Below are positions 39,340 through 47,640 of a stretch of 47,640 nt of DNA, piece after piece (within the stretch, counting starts at the first letter, position 1; every line of letters starts with the position of its first letter). Position numbers and translations under genes: made by a program. Below the pieces are notes generated by a model, which ran no database searches, was not told where the DNA came from, and was given only the letters and a program-made list of their open reading frames with translations. Source of the stretch: Gammaproteobacteria bacterium (GTDB lineage: Bacteria > Pseudomonadota > Gammaproteobacteria > SZUA-152); assembly GCA_022340845.1 (NCBI GenBank), contig JAJDNG010000136.1:1-47640 (forward strand), written 5' to 3'.

Positions 39340-40605
39340 TTATTTAACGGTAAAACTCTTTTTGAGTTTTTTCTTCACCGGTGTGTTTTTTAATTTCACG
39401 TATTGTGGCAAGCCATTTTTATACGGCGGATAGTCTTCGCCTTTGATCAACGGCGAAAGGTATTCGCGGCACTTATCGGTGATGTGAAATCCGTCGTTGG
39501 TAATAAAATTCTTCGGCATCATTTTTTCCACATTGGCAACCTTGGACAGGGGCGCTTCGCCGACGGTCCATTTATAGGGCTTACTGGATTTTCTGACAAT
39601 GGTGGGCATAACAGCGTTTTTTCCTTTAAGCGCCATCTCAACGGCAGCTTTACCCATGGCATAGGCTTGTTCCACATCCGTTTTGGAAGCGATATGGCGA
39701 GCTGCGCGCTGCAAATAATCCGCCACCGCCCAGTGATATTTATACCCCAGCTTGTCTTTGATCAATTGAGCCACCACCGGTGCCACGCCACCGAGTTGCG
39801 CGTGTCCAAATGCATCGCGAGTACCGGCCTCAGCCAAAAACCCACCGTCCTTGTTTTTCACACCTTCTGATACAACGATGGCGCAATAATCAAACTTCTT
39901 CACGCTTTGTTCGACTTTCTTCAGAAATTTTTCTTCATTAAACGTCACTTCGGGAAACAAAATAATGTGAGGGGCATCACCTTCTTGCTCGTTGGCAAGT
40001 CCGCCGGCTGCGGCAATCCAACCCGCATGACGACCCATAACTTCCATGACGAAGATTTTAGTGGAGGTTTTCGCCATCGAGGCCACATCAAATCCCGCTT
40101 CGCGAATGGAAACCGCCACATATTTGGCCACTGAACCGAAACCCGGGCAGTTATCGGTGATGGGCAAATCGTTATCCACGGTTTTCGGAATGCCGACGCA
40201 GGTAATCGGGTAACCCATGGTTTCGCTTAATTGAGAGACCTTATTGGCAGTATCTTGTGAATCGCCACCGCCGTTATAGAAAAAATAGCCAATATCGTGT
40301 GCCTCGAAGACTTCAATCAAGCGTTCATATTCCGCTCTATTCTCTTCCAAGCCTTTTAATTTATAGCGACAGGAACCAAAAGCGCCCGAGGGGGTGTAAC
40401 GTAAGGCGGATATGGACTTATCCGATTCTTTACTGGTATCGATGAGATCTTCAGTCAATGCGCCAATAATCCCGTTACGCCCCGCATAGACTTTGCCGAT
40501 TTTCTTGCTGTTCTTGCGCGCGGTCTCTATTAAACCGCATGCCGAAGCATTAATTACGGCGGTTACCCCTCCGGATTGCGCATAAAAAGCGTTTTTTACT
40601 GCCAT
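39340..40605 (-). CDS. pfp: Pyrophosphate-dependent 6-phosphofructokinase (PPi-PFK)
   Basis: 421 aa. AFYAQSGGVTAVINA, FFYNGGGDS, GIPKTVDNDL (Lys at the position that is Gly in ATP-PFKs), MGRHAGW. Strong SD GGAGGAGG upstream of the ATG. Confidence 0.85.
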   Translation of the reverse strand: MAVKNAFYAQSGGVTAVINASACGLIETARKNSKKIGKVYAGRNGIIGALTEDLIDTSKESDKSISALRYTPSGAFGSCRYKLKGLEENRAEYERLIEVFEAHDIGYFFYNGGGDSQDTANKVSQLSETMGYPITCVGIPKTVDNDLPITDNCPGFGSVAKYVAVSIREAGFDVASMAKTSTKIFVMEVMGRHAGWIAAAGGLANEQEGDAPHIILFPEVTFNEEKFLKKVEQSVKKFDYCAIVVSEGVKNKDGGFLAEAGTRDAFGHAQLGGVAPVVAQLIKDKLGYKYHWAVADYLQRAARHIASKTDVEQAYAMGKAAVEMALKGKNAVMPTIVRKSSKPYKWTVGEAPLSKVANVEKMMPKNFITNDGFHITDKCREYLSPLIKGEDYPPYKNGLPQYVKLKNTPVKKKLKKSFTVK

Positions 40606-41045
40606 GTGTCCTCCTCCATCTCTAGTCGATGATTGGTTTTATTATGTCTAACGCATCGTCAAAGAATAACCTTGGTGATGCCTGTACAAAACAAGAAAAT
40701 TTTTATTGTTGAAAAAGAAAAAACGACACCGTTTTATCGATTAAACATTTATTTTGCGCAATGATACCCATTTTTGGATGCACTTGGGTTAGTTTTTTGC
40801 ATTTTTTTAAAAATAATTGTTGATTTCATGCTGACTTTTTATTAAGTTCCAACTATTTTTAGAATAAGTATTAATCATTACTTATTAGCAAGTTAGTAAA
40901 TGCGACAAAATAGAATGTCATAACATGATCTTGATGCTTATAGACACGTTTACCAACACTATTTCAAATACGCGCATTTCCATGCATTTGCAAACGGACA
41001 CAATATCGCGCAACATGACGGCAGCCAAGGGAGATAAATAGCCAG

Positions 41046-42128
41046 ATGAGAATCGTACTAGTGGGTGCGCCTGGATCAGGTAAAGGCACGCAGGCAAAAA
41101 TGCTAGTCGATAAGTATGGCGTTCCACAAATTTCGACCGGCGACCTTCTTCGCAAAGCAGTTGCCGAACAAACCCCGTTGGGTTTAATGGCAAAAGCCGC
41201 CATGGATACTGGCCAGTTAGTCACCGACCAAATCGTGTTGGACATCATCAAAGAACGCCTCGCCCGGGCCGATGCAGACAATGGTTTTATTCTCGACGGA
41301 TTTCCCCGCAACCTTAATCAAGCGCAGGCATTGGATGATGCGCTGGCCAGCATCGGTAAACCACTACAAGGTGCTATTCTCATTAAAATCGATTACGATC
41401 TGTTAATTCAACGCATTACTGGGCGTAGAACTTGCTTATCGTGTGGTGCGGTTTACAATATATACACATCGCCTGCGAAGCTGGAAGACCATTGCGACGA
41501 ATGCGGTGGTAATCTGCATCATCGGGCCGATGATAATGAGCAAACGATTTCCAATCGATTGCGCGTATACGAAACCCAAACGTCTCCATTGATTCATTAC
41601 TACCGGGACCAAAGCAAACTTTTTACCGTAGAAGGCACGGGCGAAATAGATGAGATCTTTGATCAACTGTGCAAAGTCATCGACACCATAGAAGCGCAGG
41701 AACAGCAAAAGGAGCAAGAGCAATATCGCGTAATGAACGAACTGAAGTCCGCGTTGAGCGAACTTGCAGAAGAATCCCATAATAATAATGAAAAACAACA
41801 ACAAAAAACTAAAGAAACAGCAGTAACTTCCGAAAAGAAGGCAAAAGAAGCACCTAAACAAACAGGCACTATTGCCAATAAGGAGGCCACAACAATGGCA
41901 GCAAAACCTAAGAGAGCAAGAGCGGCAGCAAAGAAAAAAGTCGCTCCTAAAAAGAAAGTAGCAACCAAGAAGAAAGCGGCTAAGAAAAAAGTCGCATCCA
42001 AGAAGAAAGTAGCCAAGAAAAAGGTAGCGGCAAAGAAAAAAGCCGCTCCTAAGAAGAAGGCTGCCAAGAAAAAGGTTGCTAAAAAGAAAACCGCTGCGAA
42101 GAAAAAAGCAGCGAAAAAGCGCAAGTAA
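41046..42128 (+). CDS. adk: Adenylate kinase (Cys4 zinc-lid type) continuing in frame into an acidic linker and a lysine/alanine-rich histone-H1-like C-terminal tail
   Basis: 360-aa ORF. Adk core aa 1-~215 (MRIVLVGAPGSGKGTQA, ILDGFPRN, lid CLSC...CDEC, RLRVYETQTSPLIHYY). Tail aa 284-360 is (KKKxA)n ending KKRK. Confidence 0.85.
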   Translation: MRIVLVGAPGSGKGTQAKMLVDKYGVPQISTGDLLRKAVAEQTPLGLMAKAAMDTGQLVTDQIVLDIIKERLARADADNGFILDGFPRNLNQAQALDDALASIGKPLQGAILIKIDYDLLIQRITGRRTCLSCGAVYNIYTSPAKLEDHCDECGGNLHHRADDNEQTISNRLRVYETQTSPLIHYYRDQSKLFTVEGTGEIDEIFDQLCKVIDTIEAQEQQKEQEQYRVMNELKSALSELAEESHNNNEKQQQKTKETAVTSEKKAKEAPKQTGTIANKEATTMAAKPKRARAAAKKKVAPKKKVATKKKAAKKKVASKKKVAKKKVAAKKKAAPKKKAAKKKVAKKKTAAKKKAAKKRK

Positions 42129-42195
42129 AGGGTTGTAATCCTGCTGTTACGCATTCGCAGTCAGGATTGACAACACTCAACGCGTTTTTACTCTT

Positions 42196-42228
42196 AAAAA
42201 GGGTGCATTTCGATGCACCCTTTTTTTT
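42196..42228 (+). terminator. Rho-independent terminator after adk
   Basis: AAAAA-GGGTGCAT-TTCG-ATGCACCC-TTTTTTTT. Confidence 0.9.
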
Positions 42229-42249
42229 GGCAGCGAAAAAGTCACCCTT

Positions 42250-43422
<1,173 letters not shown>

Positions 43423-43487
43423 TAAATAAAAAAATTCTTGACGACTCTTAACCTCTTGGCGGTTTAACACAAACAGCGGATACTCCC

Positions 43488-44342
43488 ATGCCATCATTAT
43501 TTGATTTTGAATCCAAACCTGACGCTTATGCCGTCATGGGCAATCCCATCGCGCACAGCAAATCACCGCAAATACACCAGGCGTTTGCCCGGCAAACACG
43601 GCAAAACATCACGTACGAAGCCATTCTGGTGGATGCCGGCGGATTCGATCAGGCCGTAGGGAATTTCGTGGCTACCGGCGGTAAAGGTCTGAATATCACC
43701 GTGCCCTTCAAACGTGAAGCCTGGAAATTGGTCAACCAACGCAGCCGGCGAGCCGAACTAGCCGGCGCCGTCAACACTATCATCGTCACCAAAGACCAGG
43801 GTTTGACCGGCGACAATACTGATGGTGTCGGTCTGGCAAGGGATTTAATTCAAAATCACGGCATGCAATTGCAGGACAAAACCATTTTGCTATTGGGTGC
43901 CGGCGGTGCCGCCCGCGGCGTGTTAGAACCGTTGCTGAATGAAAATCCAGCGTTGGTACTCATCGCCAACCGCAGCCCTGACCGGGCGCATGAATTGGCC
44001 GGCATTTTTTCCAAATTTGGCAAGGTGAAAGGTTGCGGGTTCACGGCATTGGTTCAGCAGACACAGACCTGGGACATTATTATTAATGCCACTTCCGCCA
44101 GCCTGCAAGGCGAAGCGCCTGACGTCCCGGCCAGTATCTTCAACGATAACCGTTTTTGCTACGATATGATGTACAGTGCCCAACCTACCGCGTTTATGCG
44201 GTTTGCCGGTGAACAAGGCGCCATGCGCTGCGTGGATGGATTAGGTATGCTGGTGGAACAAGCCGCCGAATCGTTTCATCTTTGGCGTGGCGTTCGCCCG
44301 CAAACCGGTGAGGTGATTGAGGCAATCCGGAAAAAACTTTAA
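43488..44342 (+). CDS. aroE: Shikimate dehydrogenase
   Basis: 284 aa. YAVMGNPIAHSKSPQIHQAF, LNITVPFKREA, NTDGVG, LLGAGGAARG. Confidence 0.9.
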   Translation: MPSLFDFESKPDAYAVMGNPIAHSKSPQIHQAFARQTRQNITYEAILVDAGGFDQAVGNFVATGGKGLNITVPFKREAWKLVNQRSRRAELAGAVNTIIVTKDQGLTGDNTDGVGLARDLIQNHGMQLQDKTILLLGAGGAARGVLEPLLNENPALVLIANRSPDRAHELAGIFSKFGKVKGCGFTALVQQTQTWDIIINATSASLQGEAPDVPASIFNDNRFCYDMMYSAQPTAFMRFAGEQGAMRCVDGLGMLVEQAAESFHLWRGVRPQTGEVIEAIRKKL

Positions 44343-44346
44343 GGCT

Positions 44347-44769
44347 TCAAGCAAACTCGTCTTGTTTTTTCTCCAAATCCACCGTCGGTTGACGGCGATC
44401 CCGCATGCGCCGTTCCCCGCCTTCCCAGTGTTTCAGGCGCCAGCTCAATGCGCGGCGATCATTATTGTTAATGCGGGTGACATACTCTCGAACCACCAGC
44501 ACATTATCACGATACTGGCTGTCATTCAGCCGTTCGATGACACGCTCGGCCAGTATATCGGGTTCGATATTAACCTTTCCGTGACGCACGATACCAAACA
44601 TGGTCAATTTATCGAATACATCGTATTGCGCCCGTTTTATCCGTTCGCTTCTTAATAAAAAATGCTTGGCGGTCTCCTGCAATCCCTGCGGCATTAACGC
44701 GCGCTCAACAATTCTCCGCAATTCAAATGCGTTCATCGTTCTGGGTAAATTACCAATAAACAATTGCAT
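44347..44769 (-). CDS. Hypothetical small protein with a divergent RRM-like (RNP-2 LFIGNL) N-terminal domain and an Arg-rich tail
   Basis: 140 aa. MQLFIGNLPRTMNAFELRRIVE..., ...AERVIERLNDSQYRDNVLVVREYV resembles the RRM beta4 region. C-terminal RRALSWRLKHWEGGERRMRDRRQ. The function call is weak. Confidence 0.5.
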   Translation of the reverse strand: MQLFIGNLPRTMNAFELRRIVERALMPQGLQETAKHFLLRSERIKRAQYDVFDKLTMFGIVRHGKVNIEPDILAERVIERLNDSQYRDNVLVVREYVTRINNNDRRALSWRLKHWEGGERRMRDRRQPTVDLEKKQDEFA

Positions 44770-44911
44770 ATCGCTTTCTAACCTGGCTCGTTTCTATTAC
44801 CTTTATAGCTATTACTCTGCAACCTGTCGCTTAATTGCCTATAACGTCTTTGGTCTAAATCCTCATAGACAAATGACAAATTGTTGATGTCTGGAAGACT
44901 ATCTCAAGCTT

Positions 44912-45442
44912 TTATTTACGCAGATAGCGATTCTTCAACTCCACATAGTGCTTAGCTGAATAGTCAATCCAGTGGCGCTCTTCGGTGGTTAAAGGCCTCG
45001 CCTTGCGCACAGGGACACCCAACCAGAGATAACCGCCTTCGAGCTCCTTGCCGGGAGAAACCAGACTGCCTGCCCCCACCAAGGTATACGGATGCACTAT
45101 GGCGCCGTCCATAATGGTGGCACCCATGCCAATTAAACAGTCATCACTGATGGTGCAGCCGTGCAGGATGACCCGATGCCCCACCGTCACATTGTTGCCC
45201 ACTTGCAAACCATAGCCCCCGGGCATGGTTTCGTGGGGGTGAGTCACGTGCAACACCGAACCGTCTTGAATATTCGTACAGTGCCCAATTCGTATTTTGT
45301 TCACATCACCGCGCAACACGGTCATGGGCCATACCGAGCAGTCATCGCCCATGGCCACATCACCGATGATCAACGCGGCATCATCCACATAAGAGTGTTT
45401 GCCAATGGATGGCAAGGTATTGTCAAATTCCCGAATCGTCAT
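44912..45442 (-). CDS. Gamma-carbonic-anhydrase-like / hexapeptide-repeat protein (YrdA/PaaY family)
   Basis: 176 aa. ...VDDAALIIGDVAMGDDCSVWPMTVLRGDVNKIRIGHCTNIQDGSVLHV..., left-handed beta-helix hexapeptide periodicity. Confidence 0.8.
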   Translation of the reverse strand: MTIREFDNTLPSIGKHSYVDDAALIIGDVAMGDDCSVWPMTVLRGDVNKIRIGHCTNIQDGSVLHVTHPHETMPGGYGLQVGNNVTVGHRVILHGCTISDDCLIGMGATIMDGAIVHPYTLVGAGSLVSPGKELEGGYLWLGVPVRKARPLTTEERHWIDYSAKHYVELKNRYLRK

Positions 45443-45471
45443 GCTTTGCTCGCTATCGAATGTGTGCGCGC

Positions 45472-46821
45472 TTAACGCATCGTGACCAGCTCTTCGGCGC
45501 TGGTCGGATGAATAGCCACTGTGTTGTCGAAGTCTTTTTTGGTGGCGCCCATTTTAATGGCCACCGCAAAACCTTGCAGCATTTCATCGGCGCCGTGACC
45601 GATGATGTGGCAGCCAACGATTTTTTCCTGCGCCCCCACCGTCACCAATTTCATCGCCGTGCGTTCCTGTTTTCCGGTGACGGCGTAATACATGGGGGTA
45701 AACCGCGTTTGGTAAATTTTCACTGCTTCACCGTGGATTTTCCGCGCCTCACCTTCGGTCAATCCCACTGTGCCTATGGGTGGATGACTGAACACGACCG
45801 TTGGAATATTCTCGTAATCCAACCGCCGCTCAGTTTGATGGTTAAACAAGCGATCCGCCAAGCGACGTGCGGCGGCGATAGCCACCGGCGTCAGCGCCGC
45901 GCGACCGGTGGCGTCGCCCACGGCGTAGATACCATCGACTTTGGTGTTCTGAAATTCGTCGGTAGGAATAAAACCGTTCTCGTCCATGCTGAGCCCGGCC
46001 GCTTCCAAATTTAAATCGGCCGTGGCGGGCGCACGCCCTATGGCCCACAGCAAGGCATCGAAACCTTTTAATTCGTGCCCACCCTGGCAGTGCAGGGTCA
46101 GGGTCCCGTCGGCGACTTTTTCCACTTTCTCCACGGACAGATTGGGCATGATGTTGACGCCGTTATCCAACATCTCTTCCATTAATGTCTCCCGCAGCAT
46201 GGCATCGAACTGGGCCAGAAAATGCTGCCGGCGCAATAAAAGATCCACTTCGCTGCCTAGTGCGTTTAACATACCCGCCAGTTCCACCGCAATATAACCG
46301 CCGCCCACCACCGCCACCCGTTTAGGCTGTTCGCTTAATGCAAAAAACCCGTCGGAGGTTATGCCCAATTCGGCGCCTTCGATGGCGGGAATCACCGGAT
46401 AGCCGCCCGGGGCGATCACAATGTGCTTCGCGCTGTAGTGCTCGCCGTTGACTTCCAGGGTTTGGGCGTCGACAAATCGGGCCGTACCGCTGATTTCTTC
46501 GATATTGGAGTCTTGTAAATAGGTGTGGTACCAGTCGTTGATACCGTTGATGTAGGCTTCGCGGATTTTCACCAGTTGCGACCAGTCAAAGTGTTTCTGC
46601 TCCACATCAAAACCGTAGTCTTTGGCGATTTGCATCGTCAACGCGACACTGGCTCCGCTCCACATGATTTTTTTAGGCACACAGCCGACATTCACGCAGG
46701 TTCCGCCGATGCGGGCTTTTTCGATTACGGCACATTTGGCGCCGTACTCCGCCGCCCGTTCCGCCGCCGACAACCCCCCGCTGCCGCCACCGATGGCAAT
46801 AAGATCGAACTGTTTGCTCAT
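45472..46821 (-). CDS. gor: Glutathione-disulfide reductase
   Basis: The ATG at 46821 gives [16 protein letters not shown]. Redox-active [14 protein letters not shown]-terminal [12 protein letters not shown] is typical of Gor. The ORF-track start at 46872 adds 17 aa. Confidence 0.85.
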   Translation of the reverse strand: MSKQFDLIAIGGGSGGLSAAERAAEYGAKCAVIEKARIGGTCVNVGCVPKKIMWSGASVALTMQIAKDYGFDVEQKHFDWSQLVKIREAYINGINDWYHTYLQDSNIEEISGTARFVDAQTLEVNGEHYSAKHIVIAPGGYPVIPAIEGAELGITSDGFFALSEQPKRVAVVGGGYIAVELAGMLNALGSEVDLLLRRQHFLAQFDAMLRETLMEEMLDNGVNIMPNLSVEKVEKVADGTLTLHCQGGHELKGFDALLWAIGRAPATADLNLEAAGLSMDENGFIPTDEFQNTKVDGIYAVGDATGRAALTPVAIAAARRLADRLFNHQTERRLDYENIPTVVFSHPPIGTVGLTEGEARKIHGEAVKIYQTRFTPMYYAVTGKQERTAMKLVTVGAQEKIVGCHIIGHGADEMLQGFAVAIKMGATKKDFDNTVAIHPTSAEELVTMR

Positions 46822-47174
46822 ATCTGTCAGGTTCCTGTTTTTAAGACTGCTTTTAGAGATTACTTTTGCCAAAGCTGGTGCTTATCGAAACGAATAATCG
46901 AAATAACCAATTGTTATTATTAATTATAATAATTTGAATGAAACGCCGATTTGGCAAGATACTTTTACTATTTTTATTATTTTTTTGCTGCTGGATTTGA
47001 CTGTATGTTATACCACATTCGGCTTCTTTATTGGAAAACCGGATAAAGAACCATAGCCATAAAATTTCGCTGAACAACCATAACAACTCGATTTTATTAG
47101 CCATTTGTCGCGTAAAACAGGTAAGATGACCGCATTGCAAGCAACCTTCGTGTAATTTATCGGCAGCGGTTCTC

Positions 47175-47640
47175 ATGGCAGTGATCAAAACCTCATCAAC
47201 CCTCTCAACCTTCATTACCCTATTGTTTTTGTTAATGTTATTGGCATTGAGCGGATGTTTCTCAGTGGAATCCCCGCCCACAGAAGAGCCCGTGGTCTTG
47301 GAAAGTCAAAACCTGGATGTTTTCAGCGCCCATGCCAGCGGTGTATGTACGTCGACGGCCTGTGAAGGCGAAAATTGCGCCAGCGCCAATTGCCATAGAG
47401 AAGACGCGGACAACATTGTATTCCCCCTGTCCGGGACGGTGTTCGATTACCAGGATCTCAACAGCCCGCTGGTCAATTCCACTGCCACCATCGAGTTTTA
47501 TTCCGAAGTCGCGGGTGGTGGGGAGTTGCTTAAATCCTTGGGCGTGGACGCTTATGGTAATTTTTACAGCACCGAGCCCATTACCACGAACGCTTTTCCA
47601 GCATTACGCTATCAGGACGGTCTCGGCAATACCAGAGTCG
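47175..47640 (+). CDS. Lipoprotein of unknown function (partial, continues beyond the window); contains a CX4CH motif
   Basis: Not in the ORF track (no stop in window). My translation from ATG 47175: MAVIKTSSTLSTFITLLFLLMLLALSGCFSVESPPTEEP...CTSTACEGENCASANCHREDADNIVFPLSG... Lipobox LSGC. Confidence 0.65.
   Translation, partial: MAVIKTSSTLSTFITLLFLLMLLALSGCFSVESPPTEEPVVLESQNLDVFSAHASGVCTSTACEGENCASANCHREDADNIVFPLSGTVFDYQDLNSPLVNSTATIEFYSEVAGGGELLKSLGVDAYGNFYSTEPITTNAFPALRYQDGLGNTRV

Noticed and set aside
40918-41311. Minus-strand ORFs (91 and 115 aa) across the pfp-adk intergenic region and the adk 5' end
   Set aside because: They overlap the well-supported adk start and run into AT-rich promoter DNA, and they contain no recognisable motifs.
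41436-42154. Minus-strand ORFs of 141 and 163 aa (F/L/A-rich) opposite the adk tail
   Set aside because: They are the complement of the KKK/AAA-rich repeat region, since poly-Phe/Leu/Ala is the mirror of AAG/GCN repeats. No start context is present, and the terminator orientation fits the plus-strand gene.
45409-46014. 201-aa plus-strand ORF antisense to gor
   Set aside because: It lies inside a highly conserved glutathione reductase gene. The G/R/H-rich product is typical of antisense frames.
46853-47281. 142-aa minus-strand ORF spanning the gor/lipoprotein spacer
   Set aside because: Its 5' part is antisense to a convincing lipoprotein signal peptide on the plus strand. Its 3' part is AT-rich, low-complexity sequence (NNNN, IIII, QQQ). 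A short CxxC...TM segment (LHEGCLQCGHLTC...LLWLFSEILWLWFFI) caught my eye but has no start context.

Overview
This is a 47.6-kb, densely packed chromosomal segment of a Gram-negative, gammaproteobacterial-type genome. I call about 44 protein genes, almost all core housekeeping. The combination of a PPi-dependent phosphofructokinase and a membrane H+-pyrophosphatase is reminiscent of Methylococcales-like methanotrophs, but that is only a weak inference. Layout: (i) 1-6.7 kb, minus strand: a compact MSHA-type type IV pilus assembly cluster (PilN-like MshI, MshJ, MshK, secretin MshL, ATPase MshE, platform MshG running off the window). It is preceded by a consensus sigma-54 -24/-12 element. (ii) 7-19 kb: the E. 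coli-like syntenic block yibN-grxC-secB-gpsA-trmL / gpmI-envC-(ctpA)-yibQ-yajL. Here it is expanded by a two-Cys ArsR-family regulator, a rhodanese-glutaredoxin fusion and a zinc-finger thioredoxin. (iii) 19-30 kb: an orphan sensor kinase, then an 11-gene co-directional string moaC-dapF-DUF484-xerC-hslV-hslU-DUF971-ubiE-RDD-ubiJ-ubiB. (iv) 30-47.6 kb: moaD, moaE, a YfcE-like phosphoesterase, H+-PPase, a ~1490-aa soluble PAS/GAF histidine kinase, PPi-PFK, adenylate kinase with a long lysine-rich tail, hemB, aroE, a small RRM-like protein, a gamma-carbonic-anhydrase-like protein, glutathione reductase and a partial lipoprotein. I recognise no rRNA, tRNA, CRISPR array, IS element or prophage. I do not see a convincing novel multi-gene system such as a defence island. 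The most unusual items are the Adk-histone-like fusion with a nested SD+ATG and the SqrR/BigR-like regulator with the rhodanese-Grx/Grx/Trx2 thiol block. Others are the giant PAS/GAF kinase wedged between the two PPi-economy genes, the divergent RRM-like protein, and recurrent short tandem repeats and REP-like hairpins in intergenic spacers. All functional calls rest on motif recognition by eye; no searches were run.
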